Shown piece by piece: positions 25,632 to 36,884 of a DNA stretch of 60,991 nucleotides (position 1 is the stretch's first letter; every line of letters begins with the position of its first letter). Below the pieces are notes generated by a model, which ran no database searches, was not told the DNA's origin, and was given only the letters and a program-made list of their open reading frames with translations. Position numbers and translations under genes: made by a program. The DNA is from Malacoraja senta (lineage: Eukaryota), in the NCBI GenBank assembly GCA_038087875.1, contig JAXLNO010000338.1, positions 186,001-246,991 of the forward strand, written 5' to 3'.

Positions 25632-26490
25632 ACCGGGTGGCGCCGCAATGGCTGCCTCGCCAACAGTCTGTCTCGCCCTTTTCCTTCTTTGATGTTTTTT
25701 AGTATGTGTTAAATGGATGTTTTAGTGTTCTTTAGCTTTATTTTATGTGGGGAGTGGAGGGAGGTTGGGGGAAACTTTTTACAATTTCTTCCCTCGACGA
25801 AGATGCATTTTTTTCCGTATGGTATCTCCATCCGCATCCGCACTGTGGCATAACATCGAGGTGCTGGCGGCCTCTTGCTGGGGATTGACTTTGGGAGCTC
25901 CAACCTCGGGAGCCTGCAGGACTTAACATCGTGGAGCTGGTGGTCCCTGTCGGGAGTCGACCTTGGAGCTCCAACCATGGGAGCTTGCGGATTTAACATC
26001 GTGGAGCTGGTGGTCCCTTGGTTAGGGATCGACTTCGGGAGCTCCAACCGTGGAGCCTCCGGATTTAACATCGTGGAGCTGGTGGTGCCTGTCGGGGATC
26101 GACCTTGGAGCTCCAACCGTGGAGCCTGCGGATTTAACATCGTGGAGCACTTGGGCCCTTGGTTAGGGATCGACTTCGGGAGCTCCAAGCCGCAGATTAA
26201 ATCGAAGGGAATCTCCGGCAGGGGGGTTAAATCGTCAGCTGTGGGAGCTTTTATCACCCCGACTGCGAATGGTTCGACTGCCCCGACCGCGGGAGAATAA
26301 AGAGTGAAGAAGAGTAGACTTTATTGCCTTCCGTCACAGTGAGGAATGTGGAGAATCCAATGTGGTGGATGTTTATATTAACTTTTCTGTAGTTGTGTGT
26401 CTGGTTGCTTTTTCTAGTATGACTATGATAAATTGAGTTTAATTGTACCTTAATTGGTGCACATGACAATAAAATACATTTGAAGCTTTG
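25632..26490 (+). mobile_element. GC-rich non-autonomous retroposon-like repeat with internal tandem units
   Basis: Repeated ttaacatcgtggagctggtgg...ggagctccaacc units at 25850-26190; ends catgacaataaa like the Rex1-type tails in this window. Confidence 0.55.
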
Positions 26491-26513
26491 GAGAAGAAAG
26501 GTTAAGGTCATGG

Positions 26514-26740
26514 TGTAGCGGCGCCTGCTGACGCACGCAGATATCGAACCCGGCGTTGGGAAGCCGCGGTCACGTGACTCGGGAGGGGCTGATGTTTTTG
26601 TGCGGTTTCGTTTTTGCGCCACATTTGTTTTGCTGACCACCGTTGTGATCAGACGTGTATGCAGAGACCTGTTTGCTAAGGAGCGAGTGTTCAATAAAAA
26701 CCGTTCAGAAAACGTAGCCGTCGTTTCTGCATCCGCTAAA
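26514..26740 (+). mobile_element. Solo LTR (Gypsy-like) with 4-bp TSD
   Basis: Starts TGTAGCGG and ends CCGCTAAA (inverted termini, one mismatch); internal AATAAA; flanked by ATGG on both sides. Confidence 0.75.
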
Positions 26741-26999
26741 ATGGGTCAATTGCAGGCACATGGGACTAGCTTGGATGGGGCAACTTGGATGGTATAGACT
26801 AGTTGAGCCAAAGGACGTGGTTCTGTGCTGTATGACTCTATGACTCTTTGACTTTATAAAAGGAGAAAACAATTTAAATTGTGCCCTCTCTCTGAACAGG
26901 TTTGGGCAATCAAAGACAGACAACTCCACCATCAAAAAGAAACACAGAAGTTGAATCTCACCTTTAAGGCAACCTTGAAGAAATTCAGCAGATGGCAGG

Positions 27000-27483
27000 T
27001 TTAGTGACCATTTGGCCTGTTTTGCATGTCATTGATGATGGCACGTGCCTGTAAATTTTAGACTGCTCGTTGTATTGTGGGTGGGATTTATGACGTGTTT
27101 TTGGGCGTGTTTGGAGCTTAGATGCTTACGCAGAAGTCTAGTTTTTAGATTAGTTTGGAGAGACGATGGAGAAGGTCAATCCTTCGACCATGTCAATGTT
27201 ACGGAGATACGAGGAGTTTTGTAATGTTTAAAGTTGCAAGTTGGAATTGAAGGAAAATTGCAGTAACGAGTCGGAAGAAACTTAGATGTATCTTGCTGTT
27301 TACCATCAACAATAAAGCATTTATTCAACAAAAGACTGTGTGTTGAAGCTTTATGAGTGAAGAAGCTCTGAAGGTCTCTGAGGAAGCTTGCATGCGTATT
27401 GAAGATATTCCCCTTATCTATTCTCATCCAAATAGCGGCTAGAGAATTCGTTTATCAAAAGATAAGAAAAATCTGGCATTACA
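27000..27483 (+). repeat. BEL/Pao 5' LTR
   Basis: Direct repeat of 30225-30707 with about 30 differences by eye; ends ...TTACA. Confidence 0.92.
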
Positions 27484-27487
27484 ATAA

Positions 27488-27775
27488 GTCGAAGGGAACC
27501 TCCGACAGGGGGTTAAATACTAGTCCCAGAGAGTGGGACAGAAGATTAAATCGAAGGGAACCTCCGGCAGGGGGGTTAAATACTAGTCCCAGAGAGTGGG
27601 ACAGAAGATTAAATCGAAGGGAACCTCCGGCACGGGGGTTAAATACTAGTCCCAGAGAGTGGGACAGAAGATTAAATCGAAGGGAACCTCCGGCAGGGGG
27701 TTTAAATACTAGTCCCAGAGAGTGGGACAGAAGGTTAAATCGAAGGGAACCTCCGGCAGGGGGGTTAAATACTAG
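27488..27775 (+). repeat. 63-bp tandem array, about 4.5 copies
   Basis: Unit aatcgaagggaacctccggcaggggggttaaatactagtcccagagagtgggacagaagatta; reads as (GLNTSPREWDRRLNRREPPAG)n. Confidence 0.95.
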
Positions 27776-27784
27776 AAAGGGACA

Positions 27785-30005
27785 TTGAGGGTGGTCTTTG
27801 ACTGTGCTGCAGTCTTTAAAGGTACATCGCTTAACAGTGAACTACTGCAAGGTCCAGACCTTACCAACTCACTCATTGGAGTTCTCATCAAATTTAGGCA
27901 AGAACCGATTGCTTTAATGGCTGACATCAGATCGATGTTTCATCAAGTGAAAGTAGCTGGTGAACATATTGATTACCTGCGATTCTTGTTGTGGCCTGAA
28001 GGGGATGTGCAGCAAGTTCTTGTTGATTACCGGATGAAAGTACATCTCTTTGGAGCAGTGTCATCTCCAAGTTGTGCGAATTTCGCTTTAAGGAAGACCG
28101 CAGAGGATAATAAAGATTATTTCCCAGAGGAGGTAATTTCCACTTTGAAAAATAATTTCTACGTTGACGATTGCCTAAAATCCATATCTACTGAGCAGAA
28201 AGCAATTCAAATGGTAAAACACCTGACTTCTCTCTGCAATAAGGAAGGATTTGTACTCCCTTATTGTACTTTCCAAGTGGATCAATAACAATCGTGTTGT
28301 ATTGGAAAGCATTCCACCAGATGACAGAACTGAAGAAACCAAGGAGTTGGATTTAGATAAAGACAATTTGCCAATGGAAAGGGCACTGGGACTGCACTGG
28401 TGCGTGGAAACGGATGTGTTTACGTTTAAATTGTCGATTCAGGACCGACCATGTACAAGAAGGGGTATCTTTTCTGTGATTGGCTCAGTATATGACCCTT
28501 TGGAATTTCTTGCACCATTTACACTGCCAGCCAAGTTAATTTTACAAAATCTTTGTAAGGAAAAACTTGGATGGGATGAGAGTATAACTCAAACATCCTC
28601 GCACCGTTGGCCAGAATGGTTAACGGACCTCCATAAAATTTCAAAGTTTAAGGTGGATCGGTGCATAAAGCCTAAAAACTTTGGTAAGATCAGTAGTGCA
28701 CAATTGCATCATTTTTCGGATGCCAGTGAAAGTGGTTACAGGACTGTTTCATATTTAAGACTGCAAAATGTTAACAAAAGAGTGCATGTTGCATTCTTAA
28801 TGGGAAAAGCCAGAGTGGCACTACTGAAACAAATGACGATTCCCAGAATGGAACTAACAGCAGCAGTCTTAGCTGTTAAAATTGACATAATGCTGCAAAA
28901 TGAACTACAATTTCAACTGGAATAATCTATCTTCTGGACCGATAGCACTACGGTTCTGAAATACTTCAATAATGAAAACAAACGCTTTATAACATTTGCA
29001 GCAAATAGATTCTCCTTTGTATTTGGAGCTACTAATGTTTCTCAATGGAGATATGTTAGCACCAAAGAAAATCCTTTGGACGAATCCTCTAGAGGACTAA
29101 CAGCAAATTGCTTTCTAAATAACAGGAGATGGATCAATGGGCCTAAGTTTCTTTGTAAACCAAGCAGAGAATGGCCAAAGCTTGAACTCGGGTTTGAAAT
29201 ATCTGTAAATGATCCGGAAATTAAACAAAACATTTCGGGGAATGTGATTGCTAAAGACTCATATGACACCGTGAACAATTTAATTACCCACTTTTCATCA
29301 TGGAATAAATTGATAACTTCGGTAGCCTGGTTTCTTAAAATAAAAACAAGATTATTGCTGGCGGCTCGGGAAAGGAGACAGATTACAGAGAGTATCCTGG
29401 GAGAGAATCCTGATAAACGGAAAGGAGTGATTGAAGGCCAGATGCAAGTTTTTGAAGCTTCATATGGCGTACAGGGTTTACATCTTGATGATGTCCTCAA
29501 GGCGGAAAATGCGATCATCTCTTTCTGTCAAAGACAGAAATACAAAGAAGAAATATTAACATTGGAAGCTGGAGGACAGGGGGTAAAAAGAAACAGTCAA
29601 TTGTACAAGCTCGACCCAGTCTGGGAGGAAGGTCTTCTGTGGATGGGTGGTCACCTAAACAAATTGGCAATGCCCGTGAAAACTAAACGTCCTATCATTC
29701 TCTCAAAGGACTTTTACATAACGACATTATTTTTACGACATATTCATGAACAAGTTGGACATGGAGGAAGAAATTATATGTTATCCCAACTTGGTAAAAA
29801 CTATTGGGTTATCAAGGCTGACTCTGCAGCATCACGAGGTTCTTGGTTGATGGGAAGAATACTAGAAATCATGCCTGACGTTCGGGGTTTGGTGGGTATG
29901 GTACGTCTTAAAACAAAAAACAATGTTTTAATAAGACCAATAACCAAGTTGTGTTTGCTTCTAGAAGGCGAAGGTGAAGATGGAAGAGTCGATGAAGAGC
30001 CATGA
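27785..30005 (+). pseudogene. BEL/Pao pol remnant (RT, RNase H, truncated integrase)
   Basis: ORFs 27785-28288, 28251-28925 and 29076-30005, broken by a frameshift near 28255 and a stop at 28923-28925; integrase catalytic core missing. Confidence 0.92.
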
Positions 30006-30033
30006 TTGCGGATATATAGTGCATGCTATTTTT

Positions 30034-30108
30034 TCCTCGTTAATATCGTGTTTAGTATCCCTGCCTGTCACGCGTTAGCCCGGGGTTCAATTTCCCGACG
30101 AGGAGCCA
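30034..30108 (+). tRNA. tRNA-Asp(GTC)-derived sequence with encoded 3' CCA (probable pseudogene or captured tRNA)
   Basis: tcctcgttaatatcgtgtttagtatccctgcctGTCacgcgttagcccggggttcaatttcccgacgaggag+cca is colinear with vertebrate tRNA-Asp. Perfect 7-bp acceptor stem, intact T arm, mismatched anticodon stem. Confidence 0.85.
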
Positions 30109-30224
30109 CAGGGTTTAATTCCCTGACCTTTTGCTTTTGATATATGTTAAGCCTTTATGGCCACTTTTTTAAATGTTTATTAGTAATTGCCTCGTTAGAT
30201 GCTGGGAACAATTAGGAGCCGGTA

Positions 30225-30707
30225 TGTAGTGACCATTTGGCCTCTTTCGCACGTCACTGATAATGGCATGTGCCTTTACATTTTAGACTGCCCGTTATAT
30301 TGTGGGTGGGATTTATGATGTGTTTTAGGCGTGTTTGGAGCTTAGATGCTTGCGCAGAAGTCTAGTTTTTAGATTAGTTTGGAGAGACGATAGAGAAGGT
30401 CAATCCTTCGACCATGTCAATATTACGGAGACACGAGGAGTTGTGTAATGTTTAAAGTTGCAAGTTGGAATTGAAGGAAGATTGCAGTAACGAGTCGGAA
30501 GAAACTTGGATGTATCTTGCTGTTTACCATCAACAATAAAGCATTTATTCAACAAAAGACTGTGTGTTGAAGCTTTATGAGTGAAGAAGCTCTGAAGGTC
30601 TCTGAGGAAGCTTGCATGCGTATCGAAGATATTCCCCTTATCCATTTTCATCCAAATAGCGGCTAGAGAACTCGTTTCTCAAAAGATAAGAAAGATCTGC
30701 CGCTACA
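30225..30707 (+). repeat. BEL/Pao 3' LTR
   Basis: TGTAG...CTACA termini; internal AATAAA. Confidence 0.93.
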
Positions 30708-31033
30708 CCGATGTTGGGTGAGTCGAGAACCAGGGCCACTGTTTAAGAATAAGGGGTAAGCTATTTAGAATGGAGAAGATGAAACACTTTTTCTCACAGA
30801 GAGTTGTGAGTCTGTGGAATTCTCTGCCTCAGAGGGTGGTGGAGGCAGGTTCTCTGGATGCTTTCAAGAGAGAGCTAGATAGGACTCTTAAAGATAGCGG
30901 AGTCCGGGCATATGGGGAGAAGGCAGAAATGGGGTACTGATTGGGAATGATCAGCCATGATCACATTGAATGGCGGTGCTGGAACGAAGGGCCGAATGGC
31001 CTACTCCTGTACCTATTGTCTATTGTCTATTGT
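30708..31033 (+). mobile_element. CR1 3' fragment
   Basis: CR1 3' coding end and UTR with (CTATTGT)n tail. Confidence 0.9.
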
Positions 31034-33030
31034 AGGCTAACAAAGTAGTCGAAGTATTTACAATACATGCGACATTTCTGATCCGTTTAAATTCGGATGA
31101 CATGACGTTGCATTTGGCTCCAGTGTCGATCTTTTCAACAGTAATGGTGTTGTTGACATGAAGTGAAACTTCAGGGTTGAGTTGCTTGTTAATGGAAGCA
31201 ACCAGGGAGTTTATGTTATGGCTGCTATCTTCATGCTCAGGGAGTAGAGCTGGAGGTGGCGCTGCTAGCTCTTGGTACTTGCTATCAGCAGCTTCATGTT
31301 TTTTTTTAAATTAGAAGTAAGTACAATCATATGGCACCAAAGTGCCTAATATATATTGACATAATACATTTTATATACAGCTTCTTATTTTTTAAATTAT
31401 AATGAAGAAAAAGAGAATAGATAATAAAAGATAGAAAAACGTGTGATATATAGTGTGTGAAATAGAAAAAAGGGTGACAGAAGAAAAGTGAAGAAAAGAA
31501 GATGGAAAGGAAAAGAGTAGTAAGTTTAAAAAAAAATTAAGGAGATCATTATTTATAATCTTGACCATCCCTCACCCAGTCCTTAGTATTAAGTATTAGT
31601 TTTTTTGCCATTATTAAACCATAATTTAAAATTAAATGTTGAGATGAGTTCAATTAATTCCCCTCTTCCATTACTCCAAATATAATAATTTCAGTATTAG
31701 GTTCCATTTTTATCTTGAATAATTTTGTAAATATTTAAAAAATATCACTCCAAAATTTATAAAGAGTGTGTTATAGTTGCGTTTTGGGATAAACATTTAT
31801 CACAAATGGGGGACATATTTGGATATAATTTATTCAATCTAGTTTTTGAATAATATAATCTATGTAAAATTTTAAATTGAATTAAATTATGTCTTGCATT
31901 AATCGAACATTTGTGTATATATATAAAATACTTTTCCCATGTTTCCTTCGTAATTTCTTCATTAATTATCGTTCCCACTCTTCTCTAAGTGCCTCTGTCG
32001 ATGGTAGGTCTATATTTAAAATACTATTATATAAATATGATATTAATTTCTGAGAGTCAGCCTTAATATTCATTGCTTCTTCCAGTCGATCAAAAGTTAT
32101 GTTTTGATATTTTGTATGTATTTCTTCATGAAATCGCAAATCTGAAGATATTTAAAATATTGGTTATTTTTCAGTTTGAATTTTAATTGTAATTGTTGGA
32201 ATGATAACATATTTCCCATTTCATACATATCACCGATCCTTTTAATTCCCATTCTTTCCCATTGGTTATATATTTTATCAATAAGAGATGGTTTAAATGA
32301 AGGATTATTAACTATTGGCATTAACAATGATAGGTTTCTTAATTTTAGAGATAATTTTATTTGTTTCCAAATTCTTATTGTATCATGTATAATTGGGTTC
32401 TTCTTATATATTGTGTTGTTCAGTTTTGTCGGGGAGAAGAGGATCGCTCCTATGTTACAAGGAAAACTATCCTCTTTCACCATTCTTATCCATTCTGTCT
32501 GTTGGGTAGAACTGTCCAACCAGTAAATTATATTCTTAATATGCACTGCCCAATAGTAATACAAAAAGTTCGGAAGTGAAAGTCCCCCGACATCTTTTGG
32601 TTTACATAAGTGCAGCTTCATGTTTTAACCAGTGTACAGACTGCCTTGGGAGTGATCGGATTCCACGAGTACTGCAACATTTTGAGAAATGATTTCTTCT
32701 TTTGCAAAAATGGCATATTTTTCCGAGAGCAAAGCAAAGTTTGCGATCTGTAGGGTGGGAGCTGCCACAGTTAGAACACTTTCCAATAATCTTTGAAATT
32801 GTCGAGATGATGTGTGGGGTTGTGAGCGCTGGTTACGGTAGGAAGTGTCGGTAGCATCGACATGGTATGAGGAATGCGGTCCGGGTCCCAATGACCTGGT
32901 GTGAGAGGTCATGATCTCATTAATACGACAAGCATGTTCAGCTCGGGCAAGTGTCAGTTCAGTATCACAAAGTAATTCATCGCATACTTTATCACTGAGA
33001 ATTCCACCCATGGGCTGTGGACCGAGCATC
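31034..33030 (-). mobile_element. Gypsy-like gag-protease remnant split by an L1
   Basis: ELLCDTELTLARAEHACR gag motif, a CCHC-like segment near 32675-32720 and protease motif KIDTGAKCNVM at about 31101-31133. Confidence 0.75.
31303..32611 (-). mobile_element. 5'-truncated L1 with poly(A) and 15-bp TSD
   Basis: GGLSLPNFLYYYWA and QFKILHRLY..CDKC motifs; TSD gcagcttcatgtttt at 31288-31302 and 32612-32626. Confidence 0.9.
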
Positions 33031-33372
33031 AAAATGTGTCTAGAAATCCATTTTCGTGACCCACGTCACGGAACTACATGAAATATTCCATAGATTTAGA
33101 TGGAATATAATTGAGAAGGATGTCATAACTCGTCAGTGCCAAAAGTTGCACATTAATTAATTAAACTAATTAGAAAATGAGATCGGGAAAGTAAGCCCAA
33201 TCTAGTGTCCAATGCCCATATTACACCATGGGCAGCCTATTTCCGTGTTGCAGTCCATTTAAACTATATATGACGTAAATATGACTGTAATCATATATAA
33301 TTAAGTATAATTATATCATATAAAAAATGATATGATGAATATAATTGTGAGTGTTTTTTTAATGACACTGTC

Positions 33373-33740
33373 GCAGAGGTCCTGCTCCTGAACCAGCCTA
33401 ATTAATGGGTGAGGGCAGTTCTTGTGGGTTCCTCCCTTTACTGAAGCCCACTGACTGCCAGTGTGCAGAGTGGGGGTCATGGCCGTAGTGGGACTGTGGC
33501 AGTTCCAGCCTGGGGGACAGCCCTGCAAGGCATCTTCCAGTCGCTTTAATAGGAAATTTAATGAGACTGCAGCAGAGGTCCCAGGTTTTAAGGGCTCATG
33601 AACCTGCCTAATTAAAGGGTCAGGACAGATCCTCTGGGTTCCCCCGTTTACTGAACCCCACTGACTGCCATAGTGGGGAGAGTGGGGGTAAGGGCCATAG
33701 TGGGACTGGGGCAGTGCCAGGCTGGGGGACAGACCTGTAA
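33373..33740. repeat. Diverged tandem duplication of about 200 bp
   Basis: gcagaggtcc..gcctaattaa..tttactgaa.cccactgactgcca..gtgggactg occurs twice, from about 33373 and 33572. Confidence 0.7.
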
Positions 33741-33800
33741 GAGACCTGTCTTATTTCTGATGTAAATGCCACATCCTGACCAAGAATCGAATGATCTGAT

Positions 33801-34472
33801 GTTTTACCCCAGACCGGGTTTATTCCGCTCCCCTGTGTGTTTATAACATTATATACCTCAGTTTTACCCCAGACCGGGTTTAATTTGGTCCCCTGTGTGT
33901 TTGTAACATTATTTACCTCAGTTTTACCACAGACCGGGTTTATTCAAGATTCAAGAGAGTTTATTGTCGTGTGTCCCAGATAGGACAATGAAATTCTTGC
34001 TTTGCTTCAGCACAACAGAATATAGACGGCATGAATACAGAACAGATCTGTGTGTCCATATACCATTGTATACATATATACACACATGTATAAATAAAAC
34101 AGATAAAGTGCAAATAAACTGATAATGGGCTATTAATGTTCAGAGTTTTGTTTGAGTTGAGTTCAATATCCTGATGGCTGTGAGGCTGTTTGTGTATTTT
34201 GTTCCCGTGTGTGTTTATAACATCATTTACCCCAGTTTTACCACAGACCGGGTTTATTCCGCTCCCCTGTGTGTTTCTAATATTATTTACTGTATTATAC
34301 TGTATTATAACATTATTTACTGTCACTGTATGTCATGTTGTTACTTGTGGGCGGAGCACCAAGGCAAATTCCTTGTATGTGAATACTTGGCCAATAAACT
34401 TACTTAACCTCAGTTTTACCTCAGACCGGGATTATTTTGTTCCCCTGTGTGTTTATAACATTATTTACCCCA
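33801..34472. repeat. About 60-bp satellite-like repeat interrupted by retroposon tails
   Basis: Units gttttaccccagaccgggtttattccgctcccctgtgtgtttataacattat; Rex1-type 3'UTR pieces inserted at about 33945-34185(-) and 34290-34405(+). Confidence 0.8.
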
Positions 34473-34484
34473 GCCCAGTGACTA

Positions 34485-34670
34485 AGTGGGTTTTCTCAGA
34501 GATCTTCAATTTCCACCCACACTCCAAAGATGTGCATGTATGTAGGTTAATTGACTTGGTATAAATGTAACATTGTCCCTAGTGTGTGTAGGATAGTGTT
34601 AATGTGCGGGGATCGCTGGTCGGTGCAGACTCGGTGGGCCAAAGGGCCTGTTTCCGCGCTGTGTCCCTAA
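34485..34670 (+). mobile_element. SINE 3' half (elasmobranch HE1-like)
   Basis: tgtaggttaattg...gtgggccaaagggcctgtttccgcgctgt, a tail shared with CR1/HER1-type LINE ends. Confidence 0.6.
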
Positions 34671-34682
34671 TGTGAAACTTAC

Positions 34683-34751
34683 CATGTCACATGAAGTGTT
34701 CTCCCTGACACTGCCCCTGATACTGTGCCCTTTACCATGGATATTGAAACC
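34683..34751 (-). CDS. Candidate 69-nt internal exon of an unidentified minus-strand gene
   Basis: Strong acceptor tctgtttctgtttgtgcacag and donor ATG|GTAAGT; length is a multiple of 3; two frames open. Confidence 0.4.
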
Positions 34752-34997
34752 CTGTGCACAAACAGAAACAGATAGGAGTATACAGGCAGTTCAAATATCT
34801 GGAGAGACACACAATGACAAACCAGATACTACTTTAACTGACAAAGAAATACTTTGAATTAAATGAGACGTACAAGTAAAGGAACAGTAGTGAAGTTTGG
34901 CCCAGTTTATGCAACATTTGGCAGAATGGGGAAGACAGTCTAACCCTGGCAGACTCTTCCTGCATCAGAGGACCCAGTCTTTGCAGATCCTGGGTGT

Positions 34998-35612
34998 AAA
35001 CTAACACTAATTGGTCACCCCTTTAGAAAGGAGCAGAGAGGAGAGGAAATGGATTCTGGCAACAGACACAAACATACTAAACCAAATATAGATTTAGATC
35101 AATTCCAAACAAAGCTACAGTTAGGTGAATGGAAGGGGCAAGATTACCTAATTGTAATGAGTTAAAAACAAGTGTCATGAACATTAAACTACTTTCCCTG
35201 CAACAGGAGGTAACTAGGATGACTTTAACCAGGGGATGTAACCTGGTCTAAAACAAAGTGTTGGAGCTACTCATTGGGTCAGGCAACATCTGCCTGCCTG
35301 CAAAGGGAATGGACAGATGTTCCAGGTTGGGATCCTTCTTCAGACTGATGGAGTAGGGTAGAGAAAGTGGAAGTGAAACTAACACTAATTGGTCACCTTC
35401 ACAAAAGAGCAGAGAGAAGAGGAAATGGATTCTGGCAACAAACACACTCAAACCAAATGTAGATTTAGACAAATTCCAAAACTATAGTAGGGTGAATGGC
35501 AGGATTGATCATTTGTAATGAAACTTCAAGTGTCATCAACATTAAACTACTTTCCCTGCAACAGCAGCCAACTAGGATGACTTTAACCAGGGGATGTAAC
35601 CTGGTCCAAAAC
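34998..35612. repeat. Diverged direct duplication of about 240 bp
   Basis: aaactaacactaattggtcacc...gggatgtaacctggtc at about 34998-35250 and 35376-35610. Confidence 0.8.
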
Positions 35613-35974
35613 ATAGTGTTGGGGGTACTTGGCAGATCAGGCACCATCTACCCGACCACAAAGGGAATGGACAGATGCTCTCGTTTTCTGTTGGGACCCC
35701 TTCAGACTGATGGAGGCGGGCAGAGAAAGTGGGAAAGAGGTGGGAGCAGGACAAAGCCTGTTATGTGATTAGTGGATACAGGGGAGAGGGTGATGGGTTG
35801 TGACATTGGCTAGGGGTGACAAGGAGATAAAAGGTGCAACAGATGAGAAGATTGACACGTAAAGCTGGAGGGAGGGATACGGGTGGAGGGGGATAGAGTG
35901 AAATATGAGACTGGTTTGGGAGGTGAGCATACACAGCGAAGGAGCAGAGTGACCAAGGTGTTGAGGGAGTGTTC

Positions 35975-36260
35975 ACACCAGGGTGGGGGGTGCAGGAAAA
36001 GAGGGGGTTCCCATCACCAAGGTGGGGGGTGCAGGGAATGAGGGGGTTCCCATTACCAGGGTGGGGGTGCAGGGGAAGAGGGGGTTCCCATGACCAGGGT
36101 GGGGGTGCAGGGAAAGAGGGGTTTCCCATCACCAGTGTTGGGGGGTGCAGGGAAAGAGGGGTTTCGCATCACCAGGGAGGGGGGGGTGCAGGGAAAGAGG
36201 GAGTTCCCATCAACAGGGTGGGGGGGGGGGTGCAGGGAAAGAGGGGGTTCCCATCACCAG
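35975..36260. repeat. G-rich minisatellite, about 39-bp unit, about 7 copies
   Basis: gggggtgcagggaaagagggggttcccatcaccagggt units. Confidence 0.9.
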
Positions 36261-36308
36261 TATGCTGATTTCCCACCTCCATGCCACATTTCCCTTTTAT
36301 CCTGGGTT

Positions 36309-36884
36309 AGCCTCTACTTCCTGAGAAGATTACGGAGAGTTGGTTTGTCAAGCCTAACTTCTACAGGTGCACAATAGAGAGCATGCTGACCGGTTGCATC
36401 ATGGCTTGGTTCAGCAACTTGAGTGCACTGGAGAGCAAAAGACTACAAAAATTAGTAAACATTGCCCAGTCCATCATCGGCTCTGACCTTCCTTCCATCG
36501 AGGGGATCTATCGCAGTCTCAAAAAGGCTGGCAGCATCATCAAGGACCCACAACATCCTGGCCACACACTCATCTCCCCGCTACCTTCAGGTAGAAGGTA
36601 CAGGAGCCTGAAGACTGCAACGACCAGGTTCATGAATAGCTACTTCCCCACAGCCATCAGGCTATTAAACTTGGCTCGGACAAAACTCTGAACATTAATA
36701 GCCTATTATATGTTATTGGCACTTTATCAGTTTATTTATTCATGTGTGTATATATTTATATAATGGTGTATGGACACTGATCTGTTTTGTAGTCAATGCC
36801 TACTATGTTCTGTGTGCTGAAGCAAAGCAAGAATGTCATTGTCCTATCAGGGACACATGACAATAAACTCACTTGAACTTGAAC
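36309..36884 (+). mobile_element. Rex1/Babar-like LINE 3' fragment
   Basis: Same family as 2567-3156; ORF 36383-36691; (CTTGAA)n tail. Confidence 0.85.

Larger units (their letters stand above)
27000..30707 (+). mobile_element. Internally deleted BEL/Pao LTR retrotransposon
   Basis: Two LTRs of about 484 bp. Pol remnants [28 protein letters not shown] and TIPRMEL are BEL/Pao signatures; purine-rich tract before the 3' LTR. Confidence 0.95.

Noticed and set aside
25709..26300. ORFs of 141-182 aa with internal repeats
   Set aside because: They arise from tandem units in a GC-rich retroposon-like repeat.
27488..27775. CRISPR-like array or repeat-protein gene
   Set aside because: Units are contiguous and near-identical with no unique spacers, in a vertebrate LTR-element context; the ORF is a by-product of the 63-bp period.
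30034..30108. Functional tRNA-Asp gene
   Set aside because: Anticodon stem has two mismatches, the D-loop GG is altered and CCA is encoded; retained only as a tRNA-derived element.
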